Shown here in pieces: positions 46,580-56,402 of a stretch of 64,000 nt of DNA. The position numbers were made by a program, and so were the translations under genes. This stretch comes from an uncultured Erythrobacter sp. GTDB taxonomy: Bacteria > Pseudomonadota > Alphaproteobacteria > Sphingomonadales > Sphingomonadaceae. Under the pieces are notes generated by a model. The model saw only the letters and a program-made list of their open reading frames with translations, was not told the origin of the DNA and searched no databases. The stretch is from contig CANLPY010000001.1 of NCBI GenBank assembly GCA_947493165.1, forward strand, positions 1,970,566-2,034,565, in the 5' to 3' direction. Every line of letters starts with the position of its first letter. Positions within the stretch are counted from its first letter, which is position 1.

Positions 46580-48028
46580 ATGAGCGTTACTTCGTCTCCG
46601 TCACGGCGTCGTGGCTCCTCATCTTCGGGTAGCCGCGAAGAAACCCTGCACGTTTCGCTTGCTGATGGCCATGCCTCAATGTGGGTGTGGCTGTGTCTTT
46701 TCGCTCTGGTCGTTTCATTTCTAAGCGGCAGTTCGCGGCACGATGCGGTTCAGCTCATCGCTCTAAGGCCTCTTGCTGCGCTCTTCCTAATTCCGGCGCT
46801 CTACTATCTGACACTCGAGCAAGCACGTAAGGCTTATGCGCTCTTGCTAATCTTGGGTCTCACCGCTGTATGGATGGCGATCCAACTCATGCCGCTACCG
46901 CCATCGGTATGGCAGGGTTTGCCATACCGAGATCTGGTGCAAGAACTCGATTTGCTGACCGAAGCTGGCGAAGTTTGGCGCCCCATATCGTGGGCTCCAA
47001 GCCGAGGCTGGAACGCATTGGCCAGCTTAATCGTGCCGGCCGCCGCTCTGCTGCTTGCATTGGCCATGCGGGCAAATTGGAGGGTTTTGCTGCTGCTTGT
47101 GGCGGCGCTCGGCATGATGGATGCCCTTCTCGGTCTCGCTCAACTTCTCAGTGGACGCACGAGCCCCCTGTACTTTTACGCTTTTACAAACCGAGGGTCT
47201 CCGGTTGGAATTTTCGCAAATGAAAACCACTCGGCGGTTTTCTCAGCGATAGCCTTGCTGGTAATTGTGCGCGTCGGAACGACGTTGAATGCCATCAAAG
47301 ATCCCCAATGGCTCAGGTTCGCCTGGCCGCCAGCGTTCCTGATCGTCTTGCTTGCTATCTTGGCAAGCAATTCGCGCGCGGGCTTTCTAATGGCGGCGGT
47401 CGCGCTCTTCGGATCGGGCCTGCAGTTTTGGTTGGCGGCGACCTCGCGGCGCAAGCGCGCGCATCAAGGAAAAGCGCTGCAATGGCTGGCGCAGCATCCC
47501 AGAGTTTTGCTTGGCCTTTTTACATTACTGGTGATTGGGCTGCTGACGGCCTTCTACCAGATGGAACAAGCGCCGGGGCTCGAAGGCTTGATTGCGCGTG
47601 ATACGTTTGACGATTTGCGCGCAAGCCTGTGGCCCGTGCTAAGTCAGATGATGAGCGCGCATTTCTGGTTCGGGATCGGCTTTGGTTCGTTCGAAGAAGT
47701 CTATCACATATACGAGCCGACCGCGCTGCTGTTGCCGACATATGTCAACCAGGCGCATAATGATTGGGCACAACTGGTGATAGAAGGAGGGGTTCCGGCA
47801 GCGATCCTCTTATTGGCAACGCTGGGCTGGATGGCATTCAGGCTACTTAGCTTCCTGCGCGATGGGGCTGCTGCGCTTCCCTCTGTTATCTTTTGGGGTG
47901 CAGTATTTGCCATTATCTGTTCAGCTTCTCTGGTCGATTACCCACTGCGCTCGCCGATTTTTCAAATCATTCTGGCTTGGTTGCTGCTGTCCTTAGCGTT
48001 AGAGCGGCGGAACAGTGAAAAAGCTTGA
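46580..48028 (+). CDS. O-antigen ligase family (WaaL/Wzy_C) membrane protein
   Basis: ~12 TM helices, FANENHSA, SNSRAG, GIGFGSF, NQAHNDWAQLVIEGG. Confidence 0.85.
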   Translation: MSVTSSPSRRRGSSSSGSREETLHVSLADGHASMWVWLCLFALVVSFLSGSSRHDAVQLIALRPLAALFLIPALYYLTLEQARKAYALLLILGLTAVWMAIQLMPLPPSVWQGLPYRDLVQELDLLTEAGEVWRPISWAPSRGWNALASLIVPAAALLLALAMRANWRVLLLLVAALGMMDALLGLAQLLSGRTSPLYFYAFTNRGSPVGIFANENHSAVFSAIALLVIVRVGTTLNAIKDPQWLRFAWPPAFLIVLLAILASNSRAGFLMAAVALFGSGLQFWLAATSRRKRAHQGKALQWLAQHPRVLLGLFTLLVIGLLTAFYQMEQAPGLEGLIARDTFDDLRASLWPVLSQMMSAHFWFGIGFGSFEEVYHIYEPTALLLPTYVNQAHNDWAQLVIEGGVPAAILLLATLGWMAFRLLSFLRDGAAALPSVIFWGAVFAIICSASLVDYPLRSPIFQIILAWLLLSLALERRNSEKA

Positions 48029-48126
48029 TGCAGTCAAGCGGGCAGAGAACACGGCAAAAGGTTTAGAAAACGGTTGGTAGGACGCGAAAATTCGTTATGG
48101 CAGCCTCAGTCTCTTCGAAGGTTAAG

Positions 48127-48834
48127 ATGATTTCTTTTTTTAAGCATGTAATTGCTCTAGGCGCCGTAGCGTCGCTTGCCGGTTGTGCGACTGATCGTAC
48201 TTTCGGAGCATCGCCCAGTATCGAAGTGACGGCGCTTCAAGATTTGCCGCCTCCCACAACCGATCTGTTCTATCGGATCGGACCGCAAGAGACTTTAGAT
48301 ATTCTGGTTGTAGGGGCAGAGCCTCTCAGTGGTCGGTTCCTTACCGACGAACGTGGTGACCTATCTTATCCCTTGCTTGGCATCGTTAATGTTGGCGGGC
48401 TTCATCCGAGCTCTGCCTCGCAAATGATTGAAGATGGTCTGCGCGGCAAGTTTCTGCGCGACCCACAAGTGCGCATCATCCCAGAAGAGTTTGCGCGACC
48501 CACTATCTCGGTCGGCGGTCAGGTTGAAAGGCCGGGGAGCTTTTCTGCTGTAGGTAAGCCGACCTTGCTGCGGGTGGTTAATCAGGCTGGCGGTCTGGCT
48601 GAATACGCTCGGTTGGATGATGTGCTTGTGATGCGGACGGTTGAGGGGCAACGCTATATCGGCGTTTTTAACATTGGTGCAATTCAGCGTGGGAATTATG
48701 TCGATCCCGCATTGTACCCAAATGATATTGTGATGGTGGGCGATTCACCTGAACGTCGTCGCCTAGACAACATTCTGCAATTTGTGCCGTTGCTGACATC
48801 AGCATCGATCATCATTGACCGCTTGGGCCGGTGA
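48127..48834 (+). CDS. wza: Polysaccharide export lipoprotein (Wza/GumB-like)
   Basis: Lipobox SLAGC, YRIGPQETLDI, DERGDLSYPLLG, LRDPQV, SLBB domain, LYPNDIVMV. Start 48097 or 48127. Confidence 0.88.
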   Translation: MISFFKHVIALGAVASLAGCATDRTFGASPSIEVTALQDLPPPTTDLFYRIGPQETLDILVVGAEPLSGRFLTDERGDLSYPLLGIVNVGGLHPSSASQMIEDGLRGKFLRDPQVRIIPEEFARPTISVGGQVERPGSFSAVGKPTLLRVVNQAGGLAEYARLDDVLVMRTVEGQRYIGVFNIGAIQRGNYVDPALYPNDIVMVGDSPERRRLDNILQFVPLLTSASIIIDRLGR

Positions 48835-50975
48835 GGATGAACACAATGGCTGGCACAGATTTAGCGACATCATCCGCGCCTGCTACCGAAGCAGCTGGCG
48901 CTTATGAGGATCGTGAGAGCTTTCATCTTGATCTAGAGCGCTATCTGATCGAAGCGCGCGCACTGAAATATTGGATTGCCGGTATTTTTGCACTTGGCCT
49001 GGTAGCGGGCCTTGTTGTTACTTTGTTGTCGACACAACTGTTCCAAGCCAACGCTCGGATTGAAATCACTCAGGTCGCGGCCAACGTCACAGACATTGAT
49101 CCGGTCGAAAGCGAGGCTCGCGTTTCGGAGTTGCAATATCTCAACACCCAATATGAACTTCTGGAATCTCGATTCATGGCGGTGAGAGTATTGGAATCTG
49201 GCAACTTGCTGCGAGATGAGGAGTTTTTGGAGGTGTTCGACCTACAGGAATCTCAAGGATATTCACAGAGTTTCGTCGAAGACATTCTGCTGGAAAATAT
49301 TAGCATTTCGCCGATCACACAATCAAGTTTGGTTGACTTGGGATTTTCAAGCGCGTCGCCTCAGGTTTCAGCTCGGATAACTAATTTGTGGGCGCAGGAA
49401 TACATCTCAGCCAATTATGAAAAGCGGTTCGGTGCAAATATCGAGGCTCGCGACTTCTTGAGCGAACAAATCGAAGAATTGCGCGAGCGTCTTGCTATCT
49501 CTGAGCAAGAATTGGTCGATTACGCCAACGCCAACGAAATTCTCGTTCTGGAAGGGGTTGATTCCGCATCTGGTTCTGACACTGCAACACAAACTCTGAT
49601 CGCGGCTGATCTGCAGGCGCTAAACAGAGCGTTGGCTAATGCTTTGACAGACCGCATAACTGCCGAGGCTGCGCTCGCATCGGGTGATTTGAGCAGTCAG
49701 GACATTGGCAACCAGCTTCGCACAGAGCTGACCACTGCAGAAGCAGAACTCGCCAAGCTGAAAGCTAATTTCGGCCCAGAATATCCACCTCTTCTGGAAA
49801 AAGAAGCGGAGGTCAATTCGCTTCGCGGATCAATCGCGTCGGATGCGCGAGCTGCCTTGGATGCAGCTAGTATTCGCGAACGCGATTTGCGCGCGCAGTT
49901 AGAGCGCGCTAAATCGCGCTTTATCGGTCAGCAGGATCAGGGCATCCAATACGGCATCCTGAAGCGCGAAGTTGAAACGAACCGCGAGCTTTACGACGCG
50001 CTGCTCCAGCGATTCAAGGAGCTCGAAGCATCGGGCGCTGGGCAGAACAACATCAAGTTGATCGATATGGCAGGTGTTCCTGAAGAACCGTATGCGCCAT
50101 CGCCTCTGCGCAACGGCCTAATTGCATTGCTCGCCAGCATGATCGTTTCTGGCGGTTTAGTCTATATGCGTGTCTTGTTGAGCCAAACGCTGCGCGACCC
50201 ACAAGACGTACCGCGCCGGCTTGGCATTCCTGTCCTTGGTTTGATTCCCAAGGTTCGTACGGACTCAATTGCAAACGAGATTTTGACACGGTCTTCAGAA
50301 TTGAGTGAGGCATACAAGTCCGTGCGCACGAATCTGACGTTTCTGACACCGCAAGGTGCACCTCGTGCCCTAATGGTGACCTCTTCCGTGCCCTCAGAAG
50401 GCAAGAGTATCTCTTCTGCAGCACTCGCCACTAGTTTTTCTCAGTTGGGCAAGCGCACGCTCTTGATCGATGCGGATTTGCGTAACTCGAAACTCGCGAC
50501 CACATTGGACGTGGATGGGCATGGCAAGGGCGGATTGGCAGCGCTCCTGACAAATAGCGCTCCGATTGGCTCAGAAGCGCTGGTCCTTGAAGATTTCGGT
50601 TTCGACTATGTGCCGATCGGTCACAAACCACCCAACCCGGTCGAATTGTTGGCTGGTCCACGTTTGCGTCAATTGATTGACGAGGCGCAGACGGAATATG
50701 ATCAGATTATCATTGATGGGGCGCCGATGCTCTCGTTGGCTGACGCCATCGAACTCTCTCGAGCGGTAGATGGCGTGATATATGCAATTGAATCCGATCG
50801 GGTCAAACTGCGCGCGATCGAAAACTCTTTGGATCGCCTACGTCGCACTGGCGCGCAAGTCTATGGCGCGCTTGTGACCAAGGTTGACGAAAACAACGCA
50901 GCATATGGCTATGGCTACGGTTACGGCTATGGTTACGGCTATGGGGCCGTGCCAGAAACCGAACCTGCTAAGTGA
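48831..50975 (+). CDS. wzc: Polysaccharide co-polymerase / tyrosine autokinase
   Basis: Two TM helices flanking a coiled-coil periplasmic region; Walker A SSVPSEGKS, LLIDADLR, IIIDGAP; C-terminal (YG)7 cluster. Confidence 0.92.
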   Translation: MRMNTMAGTDLATSSAPATEAAGAYEDRESFHLDLERYLIEARALKYWIAGIFALGLVAGLVVTLLSTQLFQANARIEITQVAANVTDIDPVESEARVSELQYLNTQYELLESRFMAVRVLESGNLLRDEEFLEVFDLQESQGYSQSFVEDILLENISISPITQSSLVDLGFSSASPQVSARITNLWAQEYISANYEKRFGANIEARDFLSEQIEELRERLAISEQELVDYANANEILVLEGVDSASGSDTATQTLIAADLQALNRALANALTDRITAEAALASGDLSSQDIGNQLRTELTTAEAELAKLKANFGPEYPPLLEKEAEVNSLRGSIASDARAALDAASIRERDLRAQLERAKSRFIGQQDQGIQYGILKREVETNRELYDALLQRFKELEASGAGQNNIKLIDMAGVPEEPYAPSPLRNGLIALLASMIVSGGLVYMRVLLSQTLRDPQDVPRRLGIPVLGLIPKVRTDSIANEILTRSSELSEAYKSVRTNLTFLTPQGAPRALMVTSSVPSEGKSISSAALATSFSQLGKRTLLIDADLRNSKLATTLDVDGHGKGGLAALLTNSAPIGSEALVLEDFGFDYVPIGHKPPNPVELLAGPRLRQLIDEAQTEYDQIIIDGAPMLSLADAIELSRAVDGVIYAIESDRVKLRAIENSLDRLRRTGAQVYGALVTKVDENNAAYGYGYGYGYGYGYGAVPETEPAK
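50904..50945 (+). repeat. Seven degenerate 6-nt units encoding the Wzc Tyr-Gly cluster
   Basis: TA(T/C)GGN x7. Confidence 0.9.
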
Positions 50976-52171
50976 GTCTTCTTATAAAGCGATCATCTAT
51001 GTCTATCGCAAACCTACCTCGCCTGATTATCACATCCCTTGCTATGCTCGTTCTAGCGGTCGTGCTGGTCCTGCAGGCGGTGAGCGGAGTGATGTCCAAG
51101 CCGGCGCCTGATCTCGCTCTCAGCGTGCCGTTTGCTAACGGCTTAGCTAATGAGCGTTTGGCCTATCAGAGGTTCGCTAGCGAAGTCACTGATCCCAATG
51201 ATCCGACTGCTGCAGCAAAAAGCGCACAAGCATTCGCCCTATCGGCGTACAAATTGAACGCTATCACGCCCAAGGCACTGGCCATTCTAGTCATGGCAGA
51301 GGGTGACCAAGCCACACGCAGCAATATGTTGAGAGCTGCTTCCCGCCTAAATCGGCGAGATGCGACGCTCCAATCCTTGGTTCTTCAAGAAGCGATCGCG
51401 GCGAATGACCATGATCGCAGCGTCGAGGCGCTTGATCAAATGCTGCGCGTCCACCCTGAATTGTCGCAAGACTTATTCCCTGTGCTGGCAGAGGCGTTGC
51501 GCAACCAGGCGAATACCGAGACATTTGCCGGCCTGCTCGATGGCAGCTCCCCATGGCACGAACGGTTCCTCAAATACGCGCTGAATGATCCAGAGCTATT
51601 GCCGATATTGGCTAAGGTGAGGTCTGAAATAACCGTTGAGGATGAGCGTTTCGATCAGCGTTTGGTCGCGGGATTGGCTAGTCGTGGAGAATTCGATCTA
51701 GCCCAGTCTGTAGTGGCTCGCGCCAATGCCGATGTTGTGGCTGTCAGCGGTTTTGGAGCGCTGTCTTGGAGTGCCCGCTTTCCACCGTTCGATTGGAAGC
51801 TGGTCGATGAGCAAGGGATCAGAGCTCAACTGGCCAGCGCCGGAGATGCTCTAGAGCTATACGTACGGGCAGGTAACGGTGGCCTATTGGCTGAACGCCT
51901 TCTGCAAGTGCCGGATGCACCTTTTGCAATCTCGGTCGATCACCGCATCGCCCCAATAGAACAAGTGCGCGACATGCGTTTACAGCTTGCGTGCGCAAAC
52001 AATAACAGCGTGTTTTTGGACGAGCGATTTGGGCAATCGCCAGCCAATTTCACCGTTTCGGCTGTTCCGCCTGATTGCCAAACGACCATGCTACGGATTT
52101 TGGGGCGCGCTTGGTCCGGACGCTCGCATCTCAACGGCAACATTCACCGTATCGAAATCAAAGCTCAGTAA
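50972..52171 (+). CDS. Hypothetical periplasmic protein (signal anchor, TPR-like helices, beta-rich C-terminal domain)
   Basis: N-terminal TM, helical-repeat-like middle, PPFDWKL followed by a beta-rich region; GTGA overlap with the wzc stop. Confidence 0.75.
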   Translation: MSLLIKRSSMSIANLPRLIITSLAMLVLAVVLVLQAVSGVMSKPAPDLALSVPFANGLANERLAYQRFASEVTDPNDPTAAAKSAQAFALSAYKLNAITPKALAILVMAEGDQATRSNMLRAASRLNRRDATLQSLVLQEAIAANDHDRSVEALDQMLRVHPELSQDLFPVLAEALRNQANTETFAGLLDGSSPWHERFLKYALNDPELLPILAKVRSEITVEDERFDQRLVAGLASRGEFDLAQSVVARANADVVAVSGFGALSWSARFPPFDWKLVDEQGIRAQLASAGDALELYVRAGNGGLLAERLLQVPDAPFAISVDHRIAPIEQVRDMRLQLACANNNSVFLDERFGQSPANFTVSAVPPDCQTTMLRILGRAWSGRSHLNGNIHRIEIKAQ

Positions 52172-52210
52172 AATGACGAGCAGGCGAAGCCCTAGGTAAA
52201 TGGCTTGTGT

Positions 52211-53047
52211 TCAAGACACCGTGATATCAGGCGCGTCTTCTTGTTTCATGCCGACGACATGGTAGCCCGCATCCACGTGATGCACTTCACCTGTCACTCC
52301 GCTGGACAGCTCTGACAAGAAATACAGACCAGATCCGCCTACGTCATCAATGGTCACATTGCGGCGCAGCGGCGAATTGTATTCATTCCATTTCAGGATG
52401 TAGCGGAAATCGCCAATCCCGCTCGCGGCGAGCGTTTTAATCGGTCCGGCGCTAATCGCATTCACCCGAATACCATCTGATCCCAGATCATTGGCGAGAT
52501 ATTGGACGCTTGTCTCCAGCGCGGCCTTAGCGACGCCCATGACATTGTAATGCGGGATGACTTTCTCCGCGCCATAATACGTCAGAGTCAGGATACTGCC
52601 GCCGCCCGTGCCGTCTTCCTGCAGGGGCGGCATCATTGCCGATGCGCGTTTGGCAACCGCAACAAGAGAATAGGCCGAAATGTTCATCGTAAGCAGGAAA
52701 TTGTCGAGACTGGTGTCGACATATTTGCCGCGTAGCTCTGACTTGTCGGAAAATCCGATAGCGTGCACAACAAAGTCAATCGTTTCCCAGCGGGATTTAA
52801 GAGTATCGAACGCTGCATCAAGCGATGCCATGTCTGAGACATCGCATTCAAATGTAAAGTCACTGCCGAGTTGGCCGGCTAATGGCTTGACCCGTTTGGC
52901 CAGTGCATCGCCTTGATAGGAGAATGCCAATTCCGCCCCTTGTGCGGCCAATTGCTTGGCAATGCCCCAAGCGATTGATTTGTCATTGGCCAAGCCCATG
53001 ATCAGTCCACGCTTGCCCTTCATCAGGCCCTGATCTGCAATCGCCAT
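52211..53047 (-). CDS. fabI: Enoyl-ACP reductase FabI
   Basis: GLANDKSIAWGIA, HAIGFSD, LTYYGAEKVIPHYNVMGVAKAALE, ISAGPIKTLA; SD AAGGAG. Confidence 0.96.
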   Translation of the reverse strand: MAIADQGLMKGKRGLIMGLANDKSIAWGIAKQLAAQGAELAFSYQGDALAKRVKPLAGQLGSDFTFECDVSDMASLDAAFDTLKSRWETIDFVVHAIGFSDKSELRGKYVDTSLDNFLLTMNISAYSLVAVAKRASAMMPPLQEDGTGGGSILTLTYYGAEKVIPHYNVMGVAKAALETSVQYLANDLGSDGIRVNAISAGPIKTLAASGIGDFRYILKWNEYNSPLRRNVTIDDVGGSGLYFLSELSSGVTGEVHHVDAGYHVVGMKQEDAPDITVS

Positions 53048-53060
53048 TCCAACTCTCTCC

Positions 53061-54086
53061 TTACCCGTCCTGTGTATCCGCATCGAGGCCGAAGGCGGTG
53101 TCTCGTTCTGGTTCAGCCAACGCGGCGTTCAATTCCGCCCCTATGACAAGCCCTAAGCCCACCAGCCAGAAAAAGAAAAGCGCGATTATCATACCGGCCA
53201 GACTGCCATAGGTGAGGTTATAGGTAAAAAAGCTGCGCAGAACCGGAGGCAGGGCACTAGATACAATAAGCCACCAGCCGGTGGTGAACAACGCGCCGGG
53301 CCATTTGGGATAGGTTCTGCCCCGGTAAGCCGCTGGTGTGAGCGTGTAGAACAGCATGTAGAGCGACGCGAACAAGCCCATCGCTGGCACAATGCGGGAT
53401 AGTCGCAAGGTGTCTATCACTTCATTCAATTGCGGAAAGCTCGCATCGATCACTTGTTGTGCCGCTCCAATCGCAACTTGAGCGAACAGTGAGGCGAGCA
53501 GCAAGACGACCGCCCCCAGAATAAGCCCCGCCGACCAAAGCCGGTACTTCCAAAAAGCGTGGCTAGCGGTGGTTCCGTACGCGCGGCGCAATATATCGCG
53601 AATGGTCTCGATCAGGCTCGATACCGTCCACAAGGCAATACCTGCGCCCAGCCATAACAGTCCACCGCTGCGGGCTTCCATAGTGCTGCGGGCAACCGGA
53701 GCGATCACCTCTCTTACAGTGGGTGGCATGGAGACCAACACTGTCTCAATCAGGGCCGAGCTGTCCTCTTGCCCGCCAATGAGTTCGATCAAAGCCGCGC
53801 CAAGGATGAAGAATGGGAAAATCGCCAGCATGGACAGGTAGGCCAAGTTGCCAGCGTGAATGAAGCCATCATTGTACGTGCCGATTGCCGTGCGCTTTAT
53901 GACCTCAAAAGCTCGTGTGTCCGGCCCTAGACGCGCCAACATTCGCTCACGCATTTGAGCTGAGGTATCGGAATAGCCGAGCAAACCCTGCGCCTCTAAT
54001 CGCGCAGAGCGCCGACGCGCTTCCGGAGAAAGCGAGCGCACTTCGCGATCAGAACTGTCGGGCAGGCCGGGTGGTTCGCCTATCAT
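53061..54086 (-). CDS. YihY/virulence factor BrkB family membrane protein
   Basis: AGNLAYLSMLAIFP, multiple TM helices, YNLTYGSLAGMIIALFFFWL..GAELNA. Confidence 0.9.
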   Translation of the reverse strand: MIGEPPGLPDSSDREVRSLSPEARRRSARLEAQGLLGYSDTSAQMRERMLARLGPDTRAFEVIKRTAIGTYNDGFIHAGNLAYLSMLAIFPFFILGAALIELIGGQEDSSALIETVLVSMPPTVREVIAPVARSTMEARSGGLLWLGAGIALWTVSSLIETIRDILRRAYGTTASHAFWKYRLWSAGLILGAVVLLLASLFAQVAIGAAQQVIDASFPQLNEVIDTLRLSRIVPAMGLFASLYMLFYTLTPAAYRGRTYPKWPGALFTTGWWLIVSSALPPVLRSFFTYNLTYGSLAGMIIALFFFWLVGLGLVIGAELNAALAEPERDTAFGLDADTQDG

Positions 54087-54101
54087 CGTGGCAGGTCGCG
54101 C

Positions 54102-55058
54102 CTACAAGCCAAACTTCTCACGCGGACTGGCTGGATCACTCCAATCTTCTATCCGCTTGGCGAATGCGTCCAAATCTTCAGGTAGTTGAATTTCGAGCGT
54201 GACGAGCTGATCGCCGCGCTTTCCCCCCTTCATCGTCCAGCCTTTCCCGCCGAGCCGCATGACAGTGCCGCCGTTTGTGCCCGGTTTGATGGTGAGCATC
54301 ACCGGTCCATCGACTGTAGGGCACTTGACCTTAGCGCCGCGCACCGCCTCATCCAGCGTCAACGGCAAGTCCATGCGGATATGGTCGCCATCGCGGCGGA
54401 AGAACGGGTGGTTTCCAACCTCGACTATGACAAGCCCATCGCCATATCCGCCGGCGCCTTTGTGGCCTTTACCTTTGAGGCGCATTTGCGTGCCGTCTTC
54501 GACACCTGCTGGCAATTTAAGATCGATCGTTTTGCCATCTGCCAGAGTGATCCGTTGATCGCGCCCAGCGGCAGCATCAACGAATGGGACGGCTAAGCGG
54601 TACTGGATGTCTGCCCCTTTCTTGGGCGGTGGCGGAGGAGGGCGCTGGCCAAAACCGCGCCGCGCGCCGCCGCGTGGCTTACCTCCCCCGAAGAGTCCTT
54701 CGAACAGATCGCCAATATCCATATCATCCGATGAAAATCCGCCGAAGTCCTCGGCGCTGTAGCGTTGGCGCGAACCGCCACCGCCAAATCCGCCGGCGCC
54801 TGGCCCGCCGCCAAAGCCGCCAAAGGGATTGGTCGGATTACCTTCCATATCGATTTCGCCCCGGTCAAATTGACCGCGCTTGGTGCTGTCGGACAGCAGA
54901 TCATAGGCTTTCGTGGCGTCAGAAAATCGCTCTGCCGCCTTGGGGTTGTCCTTATTGCGATCAGGATGCAACTCTTTGGCGAGCTTTCTGTAAGCGCTCT
55001 TGATTTCCTTCTCGGAAGCCGTGCGCGCGATGCCAAGTGTGCCGTAAGGGTCAGCCAT
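54102..55058 (-). CDS. DnaJ-class molecular chaperone (CbpA-like, no zinc finger)
   Basis: J domain with HPD (LHPDRN), G/F-rich linker, C-terminal domain (LPAGVEDG, RLKGKG, PTVDG, RGDQLV). Confidence 0.92.
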   Translation of the reverse strand: MADPYGTLGIARTASEKEIKSAYRKLAKELHPDRNKDNPKAAERFSDATKAYDLLSDSTKRGQFDRGEIDMEGNPTNPFGGFGGGPGAGGFGGGGSRQRYSAEDFGGFSSDDMDIGDLFEGLFGGGKPRGGARRGFGQRPPPPPPKKGADIQYRLAVPFVDAAAGRDQRITLADGKTIDLKLPAGVEDGTQMRLKGKGHKGAGGYGDGLVIVEVGNHPFFRRDGDHIRMDLPLTLDEAVRGAKVKCPTVDGPVMLTIKPGTNGGTVMRLGGKGWTMKGGKRGDQLVTLEIQLPEDLDAFAKRIEDWSDPASPREKFGL

Positions 55059-55350
55059 GGCGTGTTAGCTAGGTGCAACAGTGGCGCGGCGCAAGCGCTG
55101 AAACGTGCATCACCTTTCAGCAAGAACACGGAACTATGCTCGGGCAGGAGCGTTGCAGTGCCATCGGTCAGTTGGGGAGATACCGCGAGAACGCCGGGCG
55201 TTTACCTAAGTCGACCAGCGTAAGTGTGTGAAAATTGCGACGCTTGAATGCGATTTTGTCTAAATTTGGGCAAAGTCATCGACTTGTCATACAATGCGCG
55301 CTATCGAGAGTGTTGGAATTCGGAAGTTTAATTACTCAGAGGTTGTTTTT

Positions 55351-55566
55351 ATGTTGAAGAAAAAAGTTGTAGCTGGCCTTGCCGTTCTCGGCCTCGCCAC
55401 TGCTCCAGTTATGGCGCAAGTTGCTCCTGCAATCGCACCGATCGCTGATGAAAGCGAACTTGGTGGCGAAAACAGCAGCTTCCTCGCTCTTGGCCTTTTG
55501 GCTGGCATCGTTGCAATCGCTGTGTTTGCGATTGCCGATAGCGACGACGATCCCATTAGCGCGTAA
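55351..55566 (+). CDS. Small (71 aa) exported membrane-anchored protein
   Basis: SD-like GAGG, signal peptide ending VMA-Q, acidic spacer, TM helix, DSDDDPISA tail; own terminator. Confidence 0.75.
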   Translation: MLKKKVVAGLAVLGLATAPVMAQVAPAIAPIADESELGGENSSFLALGLLAGIVAIAVFAIADSDDDPISA

Positions 55567-55587
55567 GCGACAGGGTAGATCGAATTG

Positions 55588-55626
55588 TCGGCCTGGCCTC
55601 CTTCGGGATGCCGGGCCGATTTCGTT
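55588..55626 (+). terminator. Intrinsic terminator
   Basis: TCGGCCTGGC-CTCC-TTCG-GGAT-GCCGGGCCGA with a cUUCGg loop, followed by TTTCGTTT. Confidence 0.8.
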
Positions 55627-55732
55627 TGGGCGGACAATCTTAGAGATTGATCGCATGGACGGTTCACAGAGCGGGGCGGTCCAGCGAAATGCATGCTTCC
55701 CTATCGCGTGTGTGCTTCCTACATCATCATGT

Positions 55733-56395
55733 ATGAGCGATCTTACTCTTAATCCCGATCAATTGGCGCGAAGCGTCATTCCGACCGGCGCTGACCCATT
55801 TGCGCTGTTTGATGAATGGTTTGCAGCAGCAAAGGATAGCGAGCCGTACGACCCCAATGCCGTGGCTTTGGCAACGGCCAATGCCGATGGCGCTCCATCG
55901 GCGCGTATGGTGCTATTGAAGGAACATGGGCCAGACGATGCCCCGGTGAAGGTCGGCGGCGGCGGCTTTACGTTCTACACCAATGCTGAAAGCCGCAAGG
56001 GCGAGGAAATCCGCAGCAATTCCTCGGCCAGTATGCTGTTTCACTGGAAAAGTCAGCGCCGCCAGATTCGCATTGAAGGCCGCCTCTACGAGGTCACGCC
56101 GGAGCGGGCAGACGCATATTTCCATTCGCGCCCGTTCAAGAGCCAAGTTGGCTCTGCAGCCAGCGATCAATCGCGCCCAATGGCCCAGCGCGATGACTAT
56201 CTTGACCGGGTTGAGGCACTGCGCGCCAAATATGAAAGCGCAGGCAAAGTCCCGCGTCCGGTCCATTGGACCGGCTTTACTCTCGTGCCGCACACAATCG
56301 AATTCTGGATGGACCGCGACAACCGCCTGCATGATCGCCGCTTGTTTACGAGGATGGCAGATGGCGGCTGGTCAGACACACTGCTCTATCCTTAG
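55733..56395 (+). CDS. pdxH: Pyridoxamine 5'-phosphate oxidase
   Basis: DPFALFDEW, PSARMVLLK, FYTNAESRKG, RQIRIEG, SQVGSAASDQS, EFW..RLHDR. Confidence 0.96.
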   Translation: MSDLTLNPDQLARSVIPTGADPFALFDEWFAAAKDSEPYDPNAVALATANADGAPSARMVLLKEHGPDDAPVKVGGGGFTFYTNAESRKGEEIRSNSSASMLFHWKSQRRQIRIEGRLYEVTPERADAYFHSRPFKSQVGSAASDQSRPMAQRDDYLDRVEALRAKYESAGKVPRPVHWTGFTLVPHTIEFWMDRDNRLHDRRLFTRMADGGWSDTLLYP

Positions 56396-56402
56396 CTAAG
56401 CG

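Noticed and set aside
50904-50945. Hexanucleotide repeat as a possible phase-variable tract
   Set aside because: Codons are degenerate and it is the normal Wzc autophosphorylation Tyr cluster.
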